From contig NC_043002.1 in NCBI RefSeq assembly GCF_006345805.1, positions 37,634,001 through 37,698,000 on the forward strand: a stretch of DNA of 64,000 bases, read 5' to 3'. This DNA comes from Octopus sinensis. Taxonomy: Eukaryota. The notes beneath the pieces were generated by a model. The model did no database searches, had not been told where the DNA came from, and was given only the letters and a program-made list of their open reading frames with translations. The translations under genes and the position numbers were made by a program. Shown here in pieces: positions 12,126-23,150 of this stretch (positions are counted from its first letter, which is position 1; each line of letters starts with the position of its first letter).

Positions 12126-12479
12126 AAACCAAATTTTTCGCAGCTCCAAGTTAAGGGAATTGCATAGTTATAGGCTCCTCACATATTTAACCTTAATTCC
12201 TCTGCATGTAAATGAAATCTTACCCACTCAGTGATATCGTAAATTTTATAAAACGATACATTTACAAACAGACATCAGTTTTTTTTTCAATTAAATGGTA
12301 CCTTACCTGTTCAAAAACGTGTTCCTTAATGTTTCTGGCTGCGATTTGTGAACAACTTTTATAAACTGAAGTAAAATAATAATAATTTATTTATTTATTA
12401 ATTTTTTAAAAATACATATTTTACCTGTGAATTTGCGTGTGTAATCTGGGAATGCATACAATGAGCTTCTTTAACCTTT

Positions 12480-13734
12480 TCATGTTCCGTCTTGTGCCGT
12501 GTTTTTTTATTTTGTATTTCTTTTACCTTTTACCAGGATCTATTTGGGTGGGTTTTCCAGACTATTTTCCTCGTTAGACGAGTTTTCACAATCGGTAAAA
12601 TTTGTAGCCGTAAGACGTATGTCTGCACAGTCACGCATTTCTAAGCTGGAAGTCTGGTCGACTGTTGCTGGTGATGTTTTATTTTTCTTGGTTGTGGTAC
12701 CGGTGTTTGCTGCTGATGTTGTTGAATGGATCTCACCTGCTGCTCCTTCTGTTAATGTTGTTGTTTTAGATACTGCTGCTCTTGGCACTGATACTGTTGG
12801 TATTGTCGTTGATGCTGCTGCTGTTGCTTTGATGCTGTTGTTGTTTTTGTTGTTGTGTTGGAAGTGTCTGTAGCAGCGGAAGTTTTCCTTTTCTTTGTAC
12901 GGGAAAGAAATCCCTTAAGTGGTTTGTCTCGTCGGCTCTTCGGTTTTCTGCCTAAGAATGCTACAAATAGCTGTGTACCTTTAGGGAGGTTGATCAAGTC
13001 AGGGAAAGCTTCGATACTTCACTCATCGGCATGTATCAATAATTCTATTACTGTGCCTGAACAATTTTCGTTTTCCATTTTGTGCACTCGGCGAATTATT
13101 GTTTTGTTGTCTACATCGTATAATACGGTTACCACCAGCAAAACGATGACCACTTCTGATGGTATCTCTGCTACTTTCATTTTTATCACCCTCCGACCGC
13201 TGTATGTCGGAATTAGTCACATTTCTTCACTTTTGAGGGTTGTTGTTGCGCTTTCTTTGGCATATTCTTCAGTTGGGAGTTTTACTTCAACTTTGCTAAA
13301 GCATCTCACGCAGGCGACATAAATTTTTAATTCCTAGACTGGTCTTAAGCATAATTTGATCTGAGCCTGCGTCGCTCTCTGCAGTCACCTGATTTTTGGT
13401 TTAAATGCATTAATATATAAAATTTAGTTTTTCTAGTGTCTTCTTGTATTTCTCCTGATGTATTTAGAAATACTATTCTGCCTTTATGGGCACTTTGGCA
13501 TCATTTAACGGGTTTATCGATACGTCAACTTTCTCCATTTGACGACAAGCTTGTGCAAAACCGTCCCCATTTTATTTAGAAATAGGATCGGCAGCTGTTT
13601 TTCTTGTATTAATGTTTCTGTTGGTGGTGGTGTTGGTGATAGTGATGCTGGTGGTGGATTTTCTGTTGCCACTAGTAGTGGAGGAGAGGTTGTTGTTGCT
13701 GCTGCTGCTAGCATTATCTCCGTTGTCTCACCGC

Positions 13735-13735
<1 letters not shown>
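12480..13735 (-). pseudogene. Decayed gag/ORF1-like coding remnant of a non-LTR element (tentative)
   Basis: Chain of frameshifted minus-strand ORFs (13514-13714, 13023-13220, 12752-12997, 12540-12788) with protein-like segments (ESATTTLKSEEM*LIPTYSGRRVIKMKVAEIPSE; QLFVAFLGRKPK..KG), then a Thr/Ala-rich tail. Family assignment is inference only. Confidence 0.4.
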
Positions 13736-13799
<64 letters not shown>

Positions 13800-13850
13800 T
13801 AATAATAATAATAATAACAACAACAACTACAATAATAATAATAATAAAAT
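13736..13850. repeat. (AAT)n tract
   Basis: Directly visible. Confidence 0.95.
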
Positions 13851-14429
13851 GAAAGAAGAAAAATACAAAAAAGGAAAGTAAAAGCAACATCATCATAGTT
13901 ATTTAACTCATTTTAATTAGAAGTTAATTAATCAATGAAGTCCAAAATAAACAAGACAATATGTCTGAACAACACAGGTTTTCATAACAATTCTGCAATT
14001 TGCATATACAATAGAAACAGATGAGAAGGTGATGCTGTCACGTGAATTTCTGATTCAAAATGGTCTTTTATTCGCCTTTTAAATAAGAGAGGTCGCATTG
14101 AAATGATTTCCGGTTAGACCTGTTTATAGATATGAAATAATAGGGTAGGATTGAAAGTTCTTTCTGAATGGTTATGTAATCAGAGGTAAAAATTGTGTAA
14201 AACAATATCGTATCGGGATAATAGCTTTCAGTTAGTCATTTATTCAATCGAAAACTTACATATTCATGCATACACTCATCATGAACAAAAAGTATATATA
14301 TACACGCTTTTATATATTCGTACATGAATGTATGCTTACATATACACATGCATACACATTAGATATATGCTTATATATATACCTGTGTAAAATACATTCA
14401 CGCTCGTCTCTCTCTCTCTCTCTTCCTCT

Positions 14430-14463
<34 letters not shown>

Positions 14464-15347
14464 ATGTATATATTTGTATATGTATGTTTACATATAAATG
14501 TATATGCGTATATGTACATATATATAAATACACACGTATATATAAGTGCATGTATAAAAATATTTATCCATTCATGTATATATTTGTTTGCAAATGTGCG
14601 TGAAGACGCACAATATATAGCTGATATATACAAACCTTTATCCATACCAAACTCAACGAAAACTACCTTAGGAGGCAATATACATTGGAGTGCATGAAAC
14701 CTGTTTCGAATTGGGAAATAATTTACCAGGGCGCAAGAAGAATTGAAAAAACTATTATATGTGAAAAAAAAAATCCCACGAAATACTAGAAAAATAAAAC
14801 AAACATCTAGTTTACTACCAACCTTATAGTATGAGAAACGTATAATTTTAGTTGGTAATTTTTGGCCAACAGCTTCGTTGAGATGTCACTTCATATCCAT
14901 ATAAGGAGCAGGCGTAGCAGTGTGGCATACGGATTACCTGCCTCACTCAGCAGAACTGCAATTCCCGCAGAATGGAATTAAAAACAAGGCATATTTGCAT
15001 GTTGTAGAATCAACTTGAGGGAGCTATTCATTAGAAGTCATAAATGGCGTAATTGGTAGTTTATCTGGTTTTTGATGTGTCGCTTACACAGTATTTAGAG
15101 TACAAGAGACTGGATGTACCTACAATTCAAGATATTACATGTTGTCGGCAGTTGTATGTGTTGTTCTTTCAACAGTTCAACGTTGAGTTTGCTGCCGCAT
15201 ACACAAAATGCTTTATTGTTTTTATGCATTTTTCTATAGAATGAACTAAGCTAACGAAGCTGAGTCGTAAGTGTAATGAAGGTCACAGATAAATACATTA
15301 TTTCCATGCAGACCTTCCCTTAGTTAAACCAACGTCAGCAACGACAC

Positions 15348-15772
15348 TTATTTCTTCATTGCCCACAAGGGGCTAAACATAGAGGGCACAAACAAGAACA
15401 GACAAACGGATAAAGTCGATTACATCGACCCCAGTGCGTAACTGGTACTTAATTTATCGACCCCGAAAGGATGAAAGGCAAAGTCGACCTCGGCGGAATT
15501 TGAACTCAGAACATAACGGCAGACGAAATACCTATTTCTTTACTACCCACAAGGGGCTAAACACAGAGGGGACAAACAAGAACAGACAAACGGATTAAGT
15601 GGATTACATCGATGCCAGTTCGTAACTGGTACTTAATTTATCGATCTCGAAAGGATGAAAGGCAAAGTCGACCTCAGCGGAATTTGAACTCAGAACGTAA
15701 CGGCAGGCGAAGTACGGCTACGCATTTCGTCCGGCGTGCTAACGATTCTGCCAGCTAGCCGACTTCGGCACT
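15348..15772 (-). mobile_element. Head-to-tail dimer of the young SINE (full unit + 5'-truncated unit)
   Basis: Two copies of the core and tail with junction AAATACC|TATTTCTTTAC at 15532/15533. Confidence 0.9.
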
Positions 15773-15853
15773 TGTGCTGATATACACTCTACTAGTGAGC
15801 TATGATCGAATATATAACTTGCCTAATAGTTGTGTATTTTTCATATAATCACA

Positions 15854-16720
15854 TATTGGGTCATCCCATAAATAATGCGGGTTTTTATACTTATAATCAT
15901 TCAAAATTAAGATAAACAAATTCTTTTTTTTTTATCTAAAGTATGCTCTCCTTCATTTTCTACAATGCTTTTCCATCTATCTGGTAGAATTGCAAAGCCT
16001 CTCTTCGAAAATTCACTTGCACGTGACGAAAAATACTCCTCCAGTATTGTTCTGACCTCGTCTACAGAATTCATATCCTTTTCGTCCAAATGGTGTTGAA
16101 GACTGGAATAAATGATAATCTGATGGGGCAATGTCCGGTTAATACGGTGGCTGGGGCATCGTTTCGCATTCAAACTGCTCCAGGTTTTGGAATGTAATCC
16201 TCGCTGTATGTGGCCGAGTATTATCCTGATGGAAGAACATCTTTCGTCTTGAAACCAAAGATGGTCGTTTTTCTTCTAGAGCTGACTTGACTGACTGGTT
16301 GAATGATCAGATCCAAGCTTCTCAACTGTCGGGATGGGATTTTGTTCTATTAGGGTTTGCAGGACGTCATTGTTGAGCTCTACAGATCTTCCAAGACGAG
16401 GCTCGTGTTCTAGGCTGTAGTTTCCGGCTCGGAATTTCTGGAACCACCGTTGAGATTGGCTTACGCTTATTGTCCGATCTCCATATACTGCATTAATATT
16501 CCTTGTACTTTCCGTTGCGTGTTGCCTTTATGGAACTCATAAAGTAAAATATGCTGAATATGGTGTCTTCTGCGTTTAACAAACCGCTGTCTGCTTCCTT
16601 TCATAGCAACCAAAGTCTGTTGATATTACTTTCAGGACGGTGCGCGTTTTATCTTGTGAACGGCTCCATACTTAATTCTCGAAGCTCAGTTTTTTACCTA
16701 TTTAGAGAAATAATTAGAGT
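15854..16720 (-). mobile_element. Internally deleted mariner-type DNA transposon
   Basis: Minus strand gives AVYGDRTISVSQSQRWFQKFRAGNYSLE (HTH), FHQDNTRPHT, PY*PDIAPSDYHLF and LPDRWKSIVENEGE. One TIR-like end TA|TTGGGTCATCCCATAAATAATGCGG lies at 15854; no matching second TIR was seen. Confidence 0.9.
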
Positions 16721-16737
16721 ATCTCAAGAGTGGTCGT

Positions 16738-16739
<2 letters not shown>

Positions 16740-16823
<84 letters not shown>

Positions 16824-16892
16824 TTTGTTGTTCCTGTTGTTGTTGTTGATGTTGTTGTTATTGTTGTTGTTGGTGTTGTTATTATTATTATT
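16740..16892. repeat. (ATT)n/(GTT)n tract (tail of the adjacent element)
   Basis: Directly visible. Confidence 0.95.
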
Positions 16893-17378
16893 GAGTGAGA
16901 GAGCAGTGCATGCCATCAATGTGACACTGGGGTAAAATATACGAAGCCCAGTATACCCATCATGATTACCCGCAACCATATGCACCACAACCATATGTGC
17001 GAGACGTGCTGATCTTATATCAAGCTAAACAGCGCATCCTGCTCAAGAGGTCTCTGAATAAGGTTCGTTTAAGGACGATGAACGAAACACCCATGTTTCC
17101 TGAGGTGAATTATTCAAACCTCAAAGAATTCCCCTGAACACATTGCTATGATGTTCTTCCACTACTTCTGCTCGTGATCAGAGATGCACATATTGTCAGC
17201 CACCAAGGGACATGATCAATTGTTTAAGGTCAAACAAGTGACAAGCAAATTTGTGGTATTGAGCAGAATATTTGCTGTAGCCCATATTTTATACTAAAAC
17301 AGAACATGTACATGATAACAATTAGAACCAGTTAAAATTAGAAGCCATGAGAACCCGTGCCTGGTACTGAATCAGGGC
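16893..17378 (-). mobile_element. ~520-bp non-coding element with (AAT)n tail, copy 2
   Basis: Reverse complement aligns to 8968-9488 along its length, with reciprocal internal deletions. Confidence 0.8.
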
Positions 17379-17824
17379 ATTATTTTTATTATATGTTTGA
17401 CTTTTGTTTTGTATTTGTACAACTTAATTCCAAGTCTCACCCAGAGATTTCAAGAGACAACTAGTTAGAAGTTCAAGCTAGAGTTATGACTAGGATGCCA
17501 TATATTTGCTTTTGCACAAAGTATTGTTCTAGAGAAAATTATGTCTGTTTTAAAATATGAAATTACATAGTCAGTATTTTACGTAGGATATGGGTAGTTC
17601 CTATGAGCACTATTTTTTAAATTTCTACCATTTTGGGTTTCATGGTATCTGAGCTTGGTAGGAATCAGCCCCTTTTGCTACCATTCCTAATGCACCTATG
17701 ACAACAGTTATTGCTTTAGTCTTGAGGTTCCATATTTTGCCAATTTCTCTTTCAAGATCTTTATACTTGCTCAGCTTTTGGTATTTCTCGACAGACACAT
17801 TTATTTCGATTAGAACAGTAATAC

Positions 17825-17928
17825 AATCATCATCATCATCATCTTCGTCGTCGTCATCGTCGTCGTCGTCACCACCACCACCACCACCACCACCTCCACC
17901 ACCACCACCTCCACCACCACCACCCTCT

Positions 17929-17975
<47 letters not shown>

Positions 17976-18240
17976 TTATATTATTATTATTATTATTACT
18001 GAATCGTTATGGCAACGACAAAATGTGTTCTGGATTCTTACGTATTGACATCAAATACCGCAGGAAATATCTTGCTTTTCAACCCACCGTCGGCGTGGAT
18101 AAAATAAAGTACTAATCTCCCTCTTCTTCTTCTTCTTCTTCTTCTTCTTCTCCTCTTCTTCTTCTTCTTCTTCTTCTTCTTCTCCTCTTCTTCTTCTTCT
18201 TCTTCTTCTTCTTCTCTCATCATCATCATCATCATCATCA

Positions 18241-18300
<60 letters not shown>

Positions 18301-18312
18301 GTAGTAGTAGTA
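17825..18312. repeat. Compound trinucleotide arrays (CAT/CGT/CAC/CTT/ATT/AGT) around a ~120-bp unique spacer
   Basis: Directly visible; explains the poly-S/P/E/K/R pseudo-ORFs. Confidence 0.95.
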
Positions 18313-18779
18313 GTCTAGTTGCTTCGTGAAAATTTGAATAATTTCCAAACAAAATACATGTCTTCTTGAATATTGTCTTCAGGGAACCCTTTCGGAAACC
18401 TTTGGATGTCTCTCCCACACTGTGGGAGAAATAACGGTTGTAATTTTTGACATTTCAAAAATATACTCTTTTGCGCTTCCATTCAACATAAGGTAGCTCC
18501 ATACCAAAACATCATCGCTCATCAAAGAAGTAAAGTAAGTGCAATAGCACATACACACACACACAGAGAAAACAAAGTCAATTAAACAGCAGGACATTAA
18601 CATCCTGACAGAATGCACTGACAGTAATTCGAAAAGTCCTAAAGCTAACAACTCGATGCACCCTGCACACGCTAACAAACTTTACGAAAACAGTGAAAAT
18701 ATCAGTTTATCGTTCACTAACCCTGTCAGATATAAACGATTATTTACCAGAAAATAAAACCTTTACTATTGCACTTCAT

Positions 18780-21620
18780 CCATGACAAGAAGGAAGGAGA
18801 GCCAACAATCTTTGCATAACCAAGTTCTGAACAGATTCCCCTTTTCCTCTTAAAAAAAAATTAGAAGCAACTCTTGCCGTTATGGATCAATCGCCCTCTC
18901 TCTCTCTTACCCTCTCATAGCAGTCAAAATGGGGTTTACAGGGTCATACGATTGGTCTTGAAACTGAGGATTGTGTGAAGACGTAAATTAAGTAGATCGA
19001 TCAAATGCCTTCACCTTCAGAAATACTGCAATAGGTGGGACCTTAATTTAGAAATAAGTCCAAATGACTCCCTAAAGTAACTAAATCATACCGGATCAGC
19101 GCACCTCTGGGAGTGTAGGGGAAATGCTATGCGACAGGTAGTGCAGATCCATATACCAAGCTGTTACACATGTGGCAGGTCTTAAAACCTAACTGCGACA
19201 CATATGGCAGATCCTAAAATCTGACTGTAACACATGTGGCAGTATAGGCCATTTGATGTTTATTTTTTCCTCGGAAGAACTCGAGAAGCAGCGAAAAAGG
19301 AAACATTAGATTCAACAGCAACAACAGCAGGGGCAGGGGTTGCTATCTTATCTCTGAGGAGAGCTTGAAAACTTTTCTCATCAACCGTCATAAAGATAAA
19401 GAAACTGCCGATCATAAAGTTGGGGCCTAACCGATTATCTGACAAAGTGTAGTTTTGAACAATAATCAGAAGTGGCAAATGCATAGAACAGCGAAAAGAG
19501 AGGAAAATACACTCACAGAAAGAAGGCAAAATGTACCTAAAGGAAAGGCTAGAAGAACATTCAAAGTGGACCCATATCAGCCGCCATGATTTTTATAGTT
19601 CTTAGCAAACGAAGCTACGAAGGACAACTTAAACTCCTCGAACATTTAGGTTAATGAGACAGGGTAAATTTTTGTGGAGTATATGACAGATCGGCCACTC
19701 TCGAAAATCATCGTTGCATGCTACTTAGAACTATGCGCGAATCACAACAGTGATGTGAACATTGTTATCCGCTTCGAAAGGCGGCAAGCTGGCAGAATCA
19801 TTCCCGCGCAGGGCAAAATGATTAGCGGTATTTCGCACGTGGCTCAAATTCTGCCGAGGTCGACTTTGCCTTTTACCCTTCGGAGTCGATAAATTAAGTA
19901 CCAGTGAAACTCTAGGGTCGATTTAATCGACTTAACCCCTCCCCGAAATTCCAGGCCTTGTGCCTATAGTAGAAAGGATTATTATCCACTTTGACACACT
20001 GAAATTGCTCACAGGCACTTACTGGTCCACCGGTGATCAGTATCTGAACGAAAAGAGTTGGACTGTTGAATAGATAAATCATCGGTGAATTTACACTGTG
20101 GTATGTAGTGCCATATTGTGTCTTTAAACCCTTCCAGGATGATCTTTACCGTTGATTCTGTGGCGGTCATACTGAGGTCCACGAAATTTACTATAAATAA
20201 CAAATTCATAGTCTTGCTCTAATATGAAGAAATGATTGTATGTTTTTTATACATTTCGTTGAAAAAATTGCTACTGTTAATCCTTATCTAGAACCATACT
20301 GTTTATTTTCAGCAATAAATATATGGAAATAGAATTCCCAAAGTCGTTTATCCGGAATTTTAGTGTGCTTTGACGAATACAAAGGCTTAATTTATTGAAA
20401 CTCAGACAATATAGAGCATGCATTTTTTTATATTGCCCATTTAAATATCTTGTGGACTGGCAGAATTTCAAGTATGCTGTTATGTTCTGCAACGTGTCCA
20501 GAATTTGTGAAATTTGTTTTAAAACAATGATTTATGTGTTTTTATAGTATGCGTTTCAGGTTAATTGTATCATATAAATTGCGCATTTCATTGCTCTGGT
20601 ATTGTTTGTTTAATAAAGAAACTTGTACTTTCTACTTCTCTTTTGTTGTCTTTATCATGTTTCACATCGTATATTTTGAAATTGATTTCTTTTTTGGTTT
20701 TCTACAAAATAATTACACATGTATTGATGATATTTCAGATATAAATGAGACTCTCTATATTTTATGAGTAATAAACAAAGATTAAAGATATTGAAAATAA
20801 TAAGGATAAAAATAATAACAATAGTAATGAAATGGTAGTAATAACAATTTCTTTCTTTGCTAGAAGTGTAATAGATTCTGACATCACAAGGCGAGAATAC
20901 AGAACTGGGTGGAAGACTACATAGTGAGGGAGAAGCGAGAAATTTACTAGCATTAGTAACTAGACTGTGGCTATGCTGGAGCACTGCATATTAGAGTATA
21001 GTCTATTACACTGATCCAATACTTATACTCTCGATCCTGAAAGGCAAAAAGGAACTGCTCGAAAACTGAACTAAGAAATTTATGGGATGTAGTCAAGTAA
21101 CTTACGGTATATTGTCGGAATGTCCCTCACCATAGTTAACCTATGCAGCAGTAGCCGAAAAGAAAATACATACAAGATCAAATAGAAGGAAACTCTTGTG
21201 AGACTGAATATGTGGTTTAAAACAGACCCCTTAGATGTTCGTTTACCTTGGTCACCAAATAGATATCGTTGTTCGAAGCTAGTTTCATTGACCGGGACCC
21301 TTCCGAAGCCATATACAACCATTTCCTTCAAAAACCAATCATATGAAGTAAAGGTTGTCTCGAACAGACTTGTCGCTAATCACAAATTTCTGTGCGATGC
21401 TGAGGTTACTACTGAGAGAAAGGTGCCAATCGCTCCAAATCTTTAACCAGGCATTTAGCATAGGTATTCACCTAGAAATTATGGATAATACCTCTCTTTT
21501 TCCTGATTTTGCTGAGCACCGCCACGACTAATCATGTTCCCAATGTGCTTCTAGCTGTCAGGTAACAAATAAAGCTCTCAGGGAAAGACTATCCGAACTC
21601 ACGTTAGGCTGACATAAAAT
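18780..21620 (+). pseudogene. Possible heavily decayed L1/Tx1-like LINE remnants
   Basis: CNTCGSIGH knuckle at 19226; an IEHAF..CP-like motif near 20405-20440; residual ORF 21198-21446; RHD*SCSQC near 21520. No RT catalytic motif was recovered. Confidence 0.3.
19780..19985 (+). mobile_element. Diverged SINE of the 6057 family with alternative tail (..CCTTGTGCCTATAGTAGAAAGGATTATT)
   Basis: Head GGCGGCAAGCTGGCAGAATC and core GAGGTCGACTTTGCCTTTT. Confidence 0.8.
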
Positions 21621-21874
21621 TATTTCATTATTATCATCTCATAATGTCGGATTATAACATTGGTAAAAGATGAAGAATTTTGATAGTGGAATCCTTAGTC
21701 ATATATGCCAATCCAATAAGAGGGATCCTTCTTAAGACTTCGCCCAGAATAATCCACGTAATATTGGTATTTATAACTTTTTTGATTTAGTATTTGATTT
21801 ACATATCATGCAAGGCATACGGGTTTGCGAGATTACTTTTTGAGCAATTAGTCGGCTAATCAACTTCAGAAATT

Positions 21875-23150
21875 CATTTCTACTAACATTATCGACCCCG
21901 AAAGGAAGGATGAAAGGCAAAGTCGACCTCGGCGGAATTTGAACTCAGAACGTGACGGCAGACGAAATACCGTCAAGCATTTCGCCCGCCGTGATAAAGT
22001 TTCTGCCAGCTCGCCGCCTTTCTTAAAAAAATAATAATAATGATCCTTTCTACTATTGGCACAAGGGATGAAGTTTTGTGGGAGGAGGATAGTCAGTTGC
22101 ATCAACCCCAGTGATCAACTGGTACTTACTTAATTGACCCTGAAAGGATGAAGGGCAAAATCGACCTCGGCGGAATTTGAACTCAGAACGTAAAGACGGA
22201 CGAAATGCCGCTAAGTATTTTTTTCCAGCGCGCCAGCTCGCCGCTTTAATAATAATAATGATAAAAATCGTTTCTGCTATAGGCACAAAGCCTGAAAGTT
22301 TGTGAGAGTGGGGCTAGTTGATTACAACAACCCCAGTACTCAATTCTTTTCTTCTCTAGGCACAAGGTCCGAAATTTTGGGGGAGGGGGAAAGTCGATTA
22401 GATCGACCCCAGTACTCAATTGTTACTTATTTAATCGACCTGAAAGATTGAAAAGCAAAGTCAACTCCGCGGTGTTTGAACTCAGACCGTGGCGATGGAC
22501 GAAATACCGCTGAGTATTTCGCCGCGGCGTGCTAACGATTCTGCCAGCTCGCCGTTTTAACAGTAATAATCCTTTCTATTATAGGCACAATGCCCGATAT
22601 TTTCGAGGCCGGGTTAATTCGATGGCATCGACCCCAGTGTGTATCTTGTACTTATTTAATAAGCCCCGAAAGGATGAAAGGTATAGTCAACCTCGGCGGA
22701 ATTTGAACATAACGCAGCAGCAGACGAAATACCTATTTCTTTACTGCCCACAAGAGGTTATACACAGAGAGGGCAAACAAGGACAGACAAACGGATTAAG
22801 TCGATTACATCAACCCCAGTGCGTAACTGGTACTTAATTTATCGACCCCGAAAGGATGAAAGGCAAAGTCGACCTTGGTGGAATTTGAACACAGAACGTA
22901 GCGGCAGACGAAATACCTATTTCTTTACTGCCCACAAGGCGCTAAACACAGAGAGGACAAACAAAGACAGACAAAGGGATTAAGTTGATTACATCGACCC
23001 CAGTGCATAACTGGTACTTATTTAATCGACACCGAAAGGATGAAAGGCAAAGTCGACCTCGGCGGAATTTGAACTCAGAACGTAACGGCAGACGAAATAC
23101 CGCTAAGCATTTCGCCGGGCGTGCTAACGTTTCTGCCAGCTCGCCGCCTT
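21875..23150 (-). mobile_element. Head-to-tail cluster of about 7 SINE units of the 6057 family
   Basis: The core GGATGAAAGGCAAAGTCGACCTCGGCGGAATTTGAAC (or variants) recurs at ~21908, 22147, 22447, 22672, 22855 and 23038, with a tail-only piece at ~22265-22340. All are on the minus strand. Confidence 0.9.
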
